This document shows, one piece after another, positions 1 through 9,300 of a stretch of 64,000 bases of DNA (position 1 is its first letter; the number at the start of each line of letters is the position of its first letter). The notes beneath the pieces are model-generated. The model did no database searches. It was not told where the DNA came from and saw nothing but the letters and a program-made list of their open reading frames with translations. The translations under genes were made by a program, and so were the position numbers. This stretch comes from Methanobacteriota archaeon (GTDB taxonomy: Archaea > Thermoplasmatota > Poseidoniia > Poseidoniales > Poseidoniaceae), in the NCBI GenBank assembly GCA_002706065.1, contig PAJM01000017.1, positions 77,044-141,043 of the forward strand. Reading direction: 5' to 3'.

Positions 1-1190
1 ATCTCATTGCTTGTGCCCTAGCAGAAGATGAATTTAAACGAAAAAATGGAGCATCAATCAAGCACAACCTACTCTCGATTGGGCGCTTTCGAGACAGAAA
101 TTATGTGGCCGAACATGAACAAGGACATCTGTCCCGTTGGGCTGCTGTCGATTATGCAATCGATCCAGTTGACGGGGCGATTCAACGATTAGCGACGGGT
201 CTTCGTTCATCTGCAATCGAAGAAGTCATACCGTTTGGCCACGAAGCATACATCATCGAACTCAACGTTACAAAGGATGCGGAACAAGTCATTTATCAAA
301 CGCTACAAGAAGCAAGCCTCGGAATTGAAGGTGGACTGCCACTCATTGTTGGAGTGAAGCGAGATGGCGAACCAAGCACAGTTCCCAACAAAGATTTCAC
401 GTTGATGCCGAAGGATAGAATCGCAGTAGCCACTAGCGGACTGGGTTCATTCAGCCGAATTTTAACGGCCTTTGGACATGAGTCAATCGATTTCCCCGCA
501 CAACCGCGGGTCGCAATCATCGGAGCCACAGATGTTGGCAAGCGCATTGCAGAGAATTGGCTGCGCAATGGAGCGCATGTTACAGTCATTGAACGCACAC
601 TCAACGTTGCCAATACCCTCTCAGGCTCCGATATCGGGGCGCATGCAAATCTCGACGTCATCCATGGTGACTTTTTGGATCGCAACATTCTCACAGAAAT
701 TGGAATCAAAGAACATCACATCGCTATCGCAGCACTTGACGATGATCACATCTCCATCGCTGCAGCACTCCTTGCCAGCGATATGGGTGTAACAAGAACC
801 GGTTTGATTCTCAAGGATTCAGATCTTGTAACGGTAACACAACGTATGGGGATCACCTTTGCTGTTGATATAAAGCGAGTTGCTGTTGACAACATTCTGG
901 CACATATTCACACAAAAGCATCGGGAGCTTACGCCATATTATCGAATATTCCAGATGTTGTCGGCATTAGTCAAACAGTCCCAAGGGAATCAAAGTTCGC
1001 TGGAAAGAAAATTGGTAATTCAGGATTACCTGAGTGGTCACGTATCGCTTTCATTCAGCGTCGAAATACAGCAGGATTTTGGGAGACTCTTCGTCCTGCA
1101 CGTGAAAAGACAATCGTTGAAGGTGATCGCCTGATTTTGTTTTGTCGGCCTGATCGGGTCGCAGATCTGGAGAAACGCTTCAAGGTGTAA
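1..1190 (+). CDS. trkA: Trk potassium uptake NAD-binding subunit TrkA, 5'-truncated at window edge
   Basis: The frame is open from nt 3 to the listed start at 105 (no stop), so the gene begins upstream of the window. It has a Rossmann segment 'RVAIIGATDVGKRIAENWLRNGAHVTVIE' (TrkA-N) flanked by two RCK_C/TrkA-C-like segments. Its stop lies 2 nt before trkH. Confidence 0.8.
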   Translation, partial: LIACALAEDEFKRKNGASIKHNLLSIGRFRDRNYVAEHEQGHLSRWAAVDYAIDPVDGAIQRLATGLRSSAIEEVIPFGHEAYIIELNVTKDAEQVIYQTLQEASLGIEGGLPLIVGVKRDGEPSTVPNKDFTLMPKDRIAVATSGLGSFSRILTAFGHESIDFPAQPRVAIIGATDVGKRIAENWLRNGAHVTVIERTLNVANTLSGSDIGAHANLDVIHGDFLDRNILTEIGIKEHHIAIAALDDDHISIAAALLASDMGVTRTGLILKDSDLVTVTQRMGITFAVDIKRVAVDNILAHIHTKASGAYAILSNIPDVVGISQTVPRESKFAGKKIGNSGLPEWSRIAFIQRRNTAGFWETLRPAREKTIVEGDRLILFCRPDRVADLEKRFKV

Positions 1191-1192
1191 TC

Positions 1193-2833
1193 ATGAGATT
1201 TGACGTTCTGAACCTCATTCTTGGCTGGACTCTTGTCGCTTTGACAGTTCCTCTCCTGCTTTGTGTTGTTGCCACAGGCTATCTCGACAATTGGGAGCTT
1301 GCTTTTCGAGCATTTTCGATTCCTGCTGGACTTTCTTTATTCATCGGTTCCATGATGTTGCGATTTGGTACAAAACGAAACACCCACATGCGACTACGTG
1401 ATCGAGAAGCCTTTGCCGCAGTGGCATTGGTTTGGCCGCTTGCCGTCTTCATAGGCGCACTTCCGTATTGGTTTGGCGGTATGTTCCATGGTCCATTTAC
1501 CGATGGCTCGAGTTTTGCTGACGTTGCTCGAGGTGCAGTCAATTCATGGTTTGAATCGATGTCAGGATTCACGACAACTGGAGCAACCGTTATTTCCACC
1601 TCGATGAGCCCAAATTGCCTGCCAGGTATGGATTGCATCAATTCACAGCCACGTGGTTTATTGTTTTGGAGATCGTTAACACAATGGTTTGGTGGAATGG
1701 GTATTATCATGCTCGGAATGATGATCCTCTCTCGGGTGATTGGTGGTGGAATGGCACTTGCGCGTGCTGAATTGACTGGTCCTTCATTGTCGCGATTGAA
1801 GCCCAAACTTCAGGAAACAGCATTGGCACTCTGGGGCTTGTATCTTGCATTGACAGTCCTTGAATTTGGATTGCTATGGACCATCGGCGGCATGGATTGG
1901 TTTGATTCTATAAATCACGCACTTACGACAATGCCGACGGGAGGATTCTCGACATATGATGCCAGTATTGGTCATTTTGAGTCTTATACGATTGAATTGA
2001 TAATTATCCTCTTCATGTTCATTGGAGGGATCAATTTCACATTGTTATGGTTCATCCGAGAGGGGCAGTTTCGTAAAGCAACACAGGATGAAGAATTTCG
2101 GAATTACATCGTCTACATCCTTACAACCTTTTTGTTCATCACCATCGCATTGTTAGCAACCAGAGATTACACGACCGTCGATTCTTTCATTGACTCTCTT
2201 TTCCATGTCGTATCGTTGGGAACCTCAACGGGTTACACCTCAACAGATTACATGCAATGGCCTGTTGTTACGCACTTGTTCCTGTTTGTTCTCATGATCG
2301 TTGGTGCATCGGCCGGTAGCACCAGCGGTGGACTGAAATTACTTCGAATCAATCTCGCATTCAAGGTAGCAATGCGTGAACTGGTCCGAATTGCACAACC
2401 TCGAAAGGTGCAGACCATTCGAATGAACGGAGAAGTTGTTGGAAGTCAACAACTAGGTCTTATTGTTGGAATGTTATTTGTCTGGATTGGACTGTTTGCA
2501 ATCTCTTCGATTCTCCTCGCATTCATAGTACCTGGTGAAGATTTCGAGTCAATATTAGCTCTAGTGGCATCCAGTTTAGGAAACACAGGACCGACGATTG
2601 GGAATTATGGTCCAAGTGAAACATGGGCGGGTCTCAATTCAGGCGCACTCCTGTTGACGTCTGTTCTGATGTGGTTCGGACGTCTTGAATTACTCACTGC
2701 AGTCATCCTTTTGCACCCCCACACATGGCGTTCTGAATCTAAGGGTGCAGTGCCAAGGGGAGCGCTTAATCGACTAAAGCGAATGATTTCGCGTGAACCT
2801 CACGACGAGTCAGAACAAGGTCCTTTGAGCTGA
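1193..2833 (+). CDS. trkH: Trk/Ktr potassium transporter membrane subunit TrkH
   Basis: 546-aa polytopic membrane protein with four selectivity-filter-like P-loops (SGFTTTGATV, TMPTGGFSTY, LGTSTGYTST, SLGNTGPTIG). It sits directly after trkA. Confidence 0.9.
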   Translation: MRFDVLNLILGWTLVALTVPLLLCVVATGYLDNWELAFRAFSIPAGLSLFIGSMMLRFGTKRNTHMRLRDREAFAAVALVWPLAVFIGALPYWFGGMFHGPFTDGSSFADVARGAVNSWFESMSGFTTTGATVISTSMSPNCLPGMDCINSQPRGLLFWRSLTQWFGGMGIIMLGMMILSRVIGGGMALARAELTGPSLSRLKPKLQETALALWGLYLALTVLEFGLLWTIGGMDWFDSINHALTTMPTGGFSTYDASIGHFESYTIELIIILFMFIGGINFTLLWFIREGQFRKATQDEEFRNYIVYILTTFLFITIALLATRDYTTVDSFIDSLFHVVSLGTSTGYTSTDYMQWPVVTHLFLFVLMIVGASAGSTSGGLKLLRINLAFKVAMRELVRIAQPRKVQTIRMNGEVVGSQQLGLIVGMLFVWIGLFAISSILLAFIVPGEDFESILALVASSLGNTGPTIGNYGPSETWAGLNSGALLLTSVLMWFGRLELLTAVILLHPHTWRSESKGAVPRGALNRLKRMISREPHDESEQGPLS

Positions 2834-4336
2834 ATCGCGTTGAGGTTCAGATTCTTCAGGTTCAACATCATGTTCAACATCGAGATTTTGATTCAACTCT
2901 TCAAGGACTGAATCAATCACTGGATCTTTCCATTGTTCTTCTGCAGCTTCAAAGGCTTGAATCAGAGCTTTCGTTGATTTGCGTGAAACAGGTAAATTGC
3001 AAAGCGCAACGTGCTCGTCTGCACTCAAACCAAATGCAAGAGAAATCTCAAAACGATTCGGGTCACCAAACACTGGGTTCTCTTGGTGAAGAATGCTCAA
3101 CAATGGCATAAATTCACGCCGAACAGTTGAACGGCTTGTTTTCGAAACGTCGGCAAGATGATTGATGATCGCCGGACGAGCCCATGAACCACTTCGTCGA
3201 AGATAATTGGGGTACGAGGGATAGATTCGAGAGGGAAGCGTTGCTTCATTAGCCACACTTGCTGATAAAGACGACAAGTGCAAGGTCCAATATGAGGAAT
3301 GGTGAGCAGTATCTCGATAACGACTTTCGACAGAACGATCTGCGAGGACGAGTGCATTGGACCCTCGTCGCATGGACGCCGCATCGAATAAGGATGAATT
3401 GTTCCAATGAACCCAATTCATCAAATCTGACGGTTGCTTATCGATACTTCTGCCAATTTCAACGGAATTGGACGCCGTCTCAGCTCTGTAGAGTGCTTCC
3501 ATTCCAGGGAAGACTTCTGTTGTCATGTCACGAACACCTGCTTCGAGATGTTGGCGAACCTGTTCTGGAACCAACTTATCGATACCGCCTGAGGAAAGAA
3601 CCTGTAAGTCTCGAACCAAAGCTCGAAGATCTCCATGATTGCCACGAACAAGAGCATCTATGGCTTCATTGCTGTATTCTATGGATTCCTCGCGAAGGAC
3701 GCGACGAGCAATTCGTCGAAGCCCTTCATCCGATACACGGTCAAAAGTAACCGTAACTAAATGCCTGCTGAATCGATCTTTCGTATTGCGCCAATTCGAG
3801 GATGATCGCCCCCAAAGGCCCATGATATCGTTGCACGCAAGGATGACGGGTTGTTTCGTGGCCTCAAGAAGTCTCAGTAATTCTGCCTTTCCACCAGAGT
3901 CACCAGAGAGTGCAGCAGATTCATCGTTTTCTATTCCTTTTCGAATACGATCTTCGCTGACTGCTCGTAAACCACCACCGATGTGGTCCACCTCATCCAG
4001 CAAAATAAGGGTACGTTGTTGAGGTTTTGTGGGATCATGAAACAGAGAACGATGCGTCGAAGATTGGGTTGCTGCCTTGCGAATGGCAACTGCGTTTCGT
4101 GTGTCGCTTGCATTGAGTTCAATGACAGTCCAACCCATGTCTTGAGCGATGGCACGAGCCATCGTCGTCTTGCCCACTCCTGGCGGTCCAACGAGTAGAA
4201 TTCCTTTCTTTTTCGGCTGCCCATTGACCCAGCCATCCAGCCACTCACGGATCTTTCGACGTTGTGGTTCATTCCCCTCGAGTTGATGTTCAGAGGTAGG
4301 ACGATGCCGTTCAGTCCAATCCGAAGCACTGCTCAT
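2810..4336 (-). CDS. rfcL: Replication factor C large subunit
   Basis: AAA+ clamp loader with N-terminal 'WTERHRP' box, Walker A 'LLVGPPGVGKTT' and Walker B 'LILLDEVD'. At 508 aa it is large-subunit size. Confidence 0.9.
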   Translation of the reverse strand: MSSASDWTERHRPTSEHQLEGNEPQRRKIREWLDGWVNGQPKKKGILLVGPPGVGKTTMARAIAQDMGWTVIELNASDTRNAVAIRKAATQSSTHRSLFHDPTKPQQRTLILLDEVDHIGGGLRAVSEDRIRKGIENDESAALSGDSGGKAELLRLLEATKQPVILACNDIMGLWGRSSSNWRNTKDRFSRHLVTVTFDRVSDEGLRRIARRVLREESIEYSNEAIDALVRGNHGDLRALVRDLQVLSSGGIDKLVPEQVRQHLEAGVRDMTTEVFPGMEALYRAETASNSVEIGRSIDKQPSDLMNWVHWNNSSLFDAASMRRGSNALVLADRSVESRYRDTAHHSSYWTLHLSSLSASVANEATLPSRIYPSYPNYLRRSGSWARPAIINHLADVSKTSRSTVRREFMPLLSILHQENPVFGDPNRFEISLAFGLSADEHVALCNLPVSRKSTKALIQAFEAAEEQWKDPVIDSVLEELNQNLDVEHDVEPEESEPQRDSAQRTLF

Positions 4337-4378
4337 ACAATACCAATCTCCCGAAGGTTCATGAAGATGTTTCTTGAT

Positions 4379-6055
4379 TCAGAGGAAGGGAAGTTGATCC
4401 ATAGACATTCGTGTTTGCGAACCGTCATCACGCTTTCGAATCGTCACTGTTCGATCTTCAACAGATTGGTGATCCACAGTTATACAAATTGGGACACCAA
4501 TCTCATCTGACCGTGCATAACGCTTTCCAATCGAACCGCTTCCGTCATAGAGCGACACAAGGCCTGAAGTGCTACAACACAATTGATGCAATTCAAGCGC
4601 AAGGTCATCCATCCCATCTTTTTCGAACAATGGGAGGATGGCGACATCAATCGGCGCAACGGAATCTGCAAGTTTCAACATTCGATACGGTTCGCCTCCC
4701 TTTTCCGTTTCCTCAAATGCATGGTCAAGAACATGCCAAAGAATGCGGTCGATACCGAATGCTGGCTCGACAACATGCGGAATGAACCACTCGCCTGTTT
4801 CCTTGACCGTTTTCTGGACTCGTTTCACATGTTCAGCGGCTACAGCGAGGTTGCGGCCATCGGAGAGTGTGACTTCAACGGGAAACTCAACATCTGCGTC
4901 AAAGGATTCAACGATGGTTTTGACTTGACCTGCATCAGCACGAAACGCTGGACCAGCAACTCCGCCATCAATCGTCCAACCATCAATTTCTCGAATTTTA
5001 GGTTCTGAAAATTCTCTTCGTGCACGCAAAGATTTCCCTGTAGCCGTTTCATGAGCCTCCAAATCGTAACATCCACGATGTGCAATTCCAACACATTCAA
5101 TCCATCCATACGAACCATGAATTTCGACATCCCAGCAGTCTGAAGCATAATGTGCCATCTCATCGGATGCATGTTGCCTGAATCGCACTCGTGTACCGTC
5201 AATGCCAACAGATGAAAGAAAATCAAAGGTTTTCCCCATGAAAAAGCCAACTGTTGGGTGACGGATCAACCCGGATTCGGCAGCATGCTGAAGCGTCATT
5301 GAATGTGAAACACCATCGCCGTCGATGAGGCAAATTTCGTGTGATGACCATGAGGAGAAATCATGGTTTGGCCGTTCATTTGGATCGATGAAGTATTCCA
5401 GTTCGGCCATGTTAAATTCGCGTAAGCGAATCATGCCCTGACGCGGTGATATCTCGTTTCTGTATCCTTTCCCTACCTGTATTGCCCCAAATGGAAGTCG
5501 TTCTCGGAAATGCCGATACAATGCGGGGAATGAAGTGAACATGCCTTGTGCTGTTTCTGGACGCATAAATCCTGGGCGACCAGAAGAACCTGCTCCGATG
5601 GTTGTTGAAAACATCAGATTCTGTGCAACCACCGGACTCCATTCGGGTGTTGGGCATGATGGACAATCTGGATTGACCTTTGTTAGTAGAGATTGCAGCT
5701 CCGATTGAGAGAGTGCATCTGGGTTTGGATGGTGCGCTTCGAGCAGTGTATCCGCCCGACTCGCTTCATCGCATTGGCCACAAACGGTCATAAAATCTGA
5801 AAATTCACCTACGTGTCCACTCGCTTCCAGAACTTCGTACGGTGTAACTGTTGGACATGAAATTTCAACAATGTTGCCGAGAGATAGCCAATGGTCAATC
5901 CACACTTGATTCAACCGTGAACGAAGTCTCCCTCCAACAGGTCCGAAATCGTAGAACCCTTTTGCTCCGCCATACAAATCAAAGGCAGGAAGTAGAATTC
6001 CGCGCTGCCGCAACATACCTTGCAGACGTTCTAAGCGTTCATCATCGTTCGCCAC
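4379..6055 (-). CDS. glyS: Glycine--tRNA ligase (archaeal/eukaryotic type)
   Basis: 'FDLYGGAKGFYDFGPVGGRLRSRL' N-terminus, class II motif 2 region 'GKGYRNEISPRQGMIRLREFNMAELEYF', and a C-terminal anticodon-binding domain '...IGKRYARSDEIGVPICITVD'. Confidence 0.95.
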   Translation of the reverse strand: MANDDERLERLQGMLRQRGILLPAFDLYGGAKGFYDFGPVGGRLRSRLNQVWIDHWLSLGNIVEISCPTVTPYEVLEASGHVGEFSDFMTVCGQCDEASRADTLLEAHHPNPDALSQSELQSLLTKVNPDCPSCPTPEWSPVVAQNLMFSTTIGAGSSGRPGFMRPETAQGMFTSFPALYRHFRERLPFGAIQVGKGYRNEISPRQGMIRLREFNMAELEYFIDPNERPNHDFSSWSSHEICLIDGDGVSHSMTLQHAAESGLIRHPTVGFFMGKTFDFLSSVGIDGTRVRFRQHASDEMAHYASDCWDVEIHGSYGWIECVGIAHRGCYDLEAHETATGKSLRARREFSEPKIREIDGWTIDGGVAGPAFRADAGQVKTIVESFDADVEFPVEVTLSDGRNLAVAAEHVKRVQKTVKETGEWFIPHVVEPAFGIDRILWHVLDHAFEETEKGGEPYRMLKLADSVAPIDVAILPLFEKDGMDDLALELHQLCCSTSGLVSLYDGSGSIGKRYARSDEIGVPICITVDHQSVEDRTVTIRKRDDGSQTRMSMDQLPFL

Positions 6056-6364
6056 GAAATCCCCTTATTCTACCCTAATGCAGATGGCATTTCAACTTGA
6101 CCACAGAAAGAGGGGCTCAACGTCAAAAACAAAAGCGCTCCGCTATCACACAGACATCACTGAATTGCAAATGAATTCCTTGTGTACGCTGTTTCAATAA
6201 GATCACTTTTGAGATATGAATGCCTTCTCCGTGGCTTTCTATACACGTGTGCTGAAAATCGTTTCATGACGTTCAAGTCGTGTAGAATCAATCGTTAGGG
6301 AAAAAACGAAACACTCATATGTGTCGTACCTTGCCTCCAACACACTGAGATTGGTGAAGAAAAT

Positions 6365-9300
6365 ATGCCTGAGATAACGTATCTTGAACATCCTACTGAA
6401 ACGGATGTTCTGATGGAGAAATTATGCGCTCCAGTACGGAATTGGTTTAAAGAAAAATTCCCAGATTTTACACGCCCACAAAAATTAGCAATTCCAACGA
6501 TTATGGAGGGGGGCCATCTCCTCCTCTGTTCACCAACAGGGTCGGGAAAAACTTTGACAGCCTTTCTCACCATTATCGATCAATTGGTTCGCAAAGCACT
6601 GGATGGAAAACTGGAAAAAAGGATTCATTGTGTTTATATTTCACCAATCAAGGCACTCGCAAACGATATTCAGAAAAATCTAATCGGTCCTCTAACCGAA
6701 ATATCTGAACGCTTCTTGCCCGATCGTGCACAGGAGATTCGAGTTGGTTTGCGTACAGGGGACACACCACAATCCGAACGACAGAAGATGCTTCGAAATC
6801 CACCGCACATCCTCATCACCACTCCAGAAAGTCTAGCCATTGCAATTACTTCACCAAAATTCCAACCCATCGTCAGTGACGTCGAATACATGATCATTGA
6901 TGAGCTCCATTCCCTTGTTCCAACCAAACGTGGTGTACATCTTGCGCTCACACTCGCATATCTGGATACATTACTTGAACGTCCAGTGCAACGTATTGGA
7001 ATTTCAGCAACAATGGAGCCGTTGGAAACCGTAGCCGAATATTTGGTTGCAAGCGATGACAGAGAATCACGTGGTGATGGACAAAAAGTCTACATTGCAA
7101 AGGTCTCAGGATCCAGAGAACTAGACCTGGACATCTTATTACCACATCCAAAATTTAGTGACTTACCGGTTTTGAAAGTCCTCGACGAAAACATCAATGT
7201 TATCGCAGACCTCATTTCTGCGCACAACACAACGCTTGTGTTCGCCAATACAAGGAAAATGACTGAAACGCTCGTTCAACGACTCAGGCGACCAGAATTC
7301 GGACTTGGTGAATTGGTGGCAGGGCATCATGGCTCAATGGACAAAAAAATCCGTCTCAATGTTGAGCAGCAATTGAAAAAAGGGCATTTACGTGCTGTTG
7401 TAACATCATCATCGCTTGAGATGGGAATTGACATTGGTGCCGTAGACATGGTCATCCAATTGGGTTCACCGGGAGACATTGCGACCGCTCTGCAACGTAT
7501 TGGGCGTGCAGGTCACCATGTTGGTGGAATTCCTCGAGCACGATTGTTGCCGTCAAGTGTTGATGATTTGATAGAATTGGCTGCATTGCAAGCAGCGATT
7601 CAATCCGGAGACATGGATCGACTTGATTTCCCGGAAAATTGCTTGGATGTTGTTGCTCAATTTCTCATAGGATTGGTCATCATCAACGAAATCGACATCG
7701 ATGAAGCGTTTGAAATTGTATCGAGTGCATGGAATTATCGGAACTTTGAGTATGACGATTTCATTGAAGTATTGGATATGCTCGAAGATGAGCGACGTGT
7801 ATGGATTGATTGGGAAGACAACACCTATGGTAAGCGGGGATATTCACGGATGATCTACTACACGAACATTGGTACAATCGCACCTGACAATTCGTATCTT
7901 GTGTTCAATGCTGAAGGGTCGATTCTTGGACAGCTCTCCGGTTCGTTCGTATCGAATCTTCGAGGAGGCGATGTCATCCTACTCGGTGGTTCAACATATC
8001 GAGTAACAAACATACAAGGTACCAGAGTGAACGTATCCAGCGTCACTGGTTACAGACCAACAGTTCCGTCATGGTCTGGTGAAGCTCGTTCTAGGAGCAG
8101 AGAATTATCATCATCACTTTTGTCTTTGATTCGTCATTGTATGGTTTCACTTCGCCGTGAGCAGGACCCTCGCGTGGTTTTACGAGATGCATACGGATTA
8201 TCCACCTCCGTATCCAACGCGATTGCTCGCCATTTGGAAGAACACACAATCGACTCATTTCAAGTCCCTGAACCGAACCGTATTTTAATCGAACAAATCA
8301 TTGGTACCGGTCATCCTGCTTACCTCATTACGACTTGTCGTGGACGTGGGTTCAACACAGCACTGGGTTATTTCATGGCGGGGATTGCAGAATCCTCGGG
8401 AATAAGCGTCATTGAGTTATCATTTGATGAAAATGGACTTCTTATTCGAACTGCCCAAGAGGTCGATCCCGCACAACTCTATGATGCATTCCGGTCAAAC
8501 AATCACATCGAAGTCATCGAACGCTACATCATCAACACTCAGATTTTTGCCAAGCGATTCCGAGAAGTCGCTGGTCGTTCAATGATTATCCCAAAACGTG
8601 TTGGTGCTGAAGAAATAAGTCCGCAACAATTCCAGCAAAAAGCGGAAGCACTCCTTACTAGACATCGGACAATGGAAGGTTCTCTGTTGATGAGAGAAGC
8701 GAAAAATGAGGTGATGTTTGGTGATATTGATATCATCGGACTCAATCAGTTTTTGGAGTCATGCATCGAAGGCGATGCGCGTATTGTTCACACCAAGGTA
8801 ACCATACCATCACGGCTCGGAATGAGCCTCTACATGTCTGCATTCGAAGATTTGATGTCGATGAAAACACGAGCCTTTCTGGTCAAAGACATCGATCCAG
8901 AAGTGCTTCGTCGTTTGATGGGAACACGTAGCCTTGCAACAGAGATGACAACGGAGCAACTCGACAAATATTACAGCGACAAAGCGCCAGTTCCACACTC
9001 GCCTGAGTCCCTTTACGAATTGATGCAACATGGAGGAGGGCTTGATCGAGAATTCAACAACCCGTTGTACCGAGACAAGCTGGAAGGAATCGAATTGGGC
9101 GTTATTCGATCATGGGTTGAAGATCTCTGTCAGAGTGGTAAAATTACAAAGATCAACGGAACGGGCCAACCGGAGATTGATGGGAAATGGTTCAATCCAT
9201 TTATGGCTGAAATTCATGGCACATTGGCTTGCCTCGCAACAAACAATTCCAGTTCAATTGTTGATTTACGGGATTATGATACCAAAGACATGTCGTTTGA

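Noticed and set aside
296-1806. Antisense or alternative-frame ORFs within trkA and trkH (296..709, 472..792, 880..1134, 1279..1806)
   Set aside because: They overlap genes with clear TrkA and TrkH motifs, and none has a recognisable motif of its own.
6271-6279. T-loop-like 'GTTCAAGTC' in the glyS/lhr spacer, which might indicate a tRNA
   Set aside because: The flanks pair for only 3 bp (ACG/CGT). No acceptor, D or anticodon arms could be built around it.
6295-6573. 92-aa minus-strand ORF spanning the lhr start region
   Set aside because: It overlaps the lhr N-terminus, including the conserved Q-motif region. It has no motif support, and its start would sit inside lhr.
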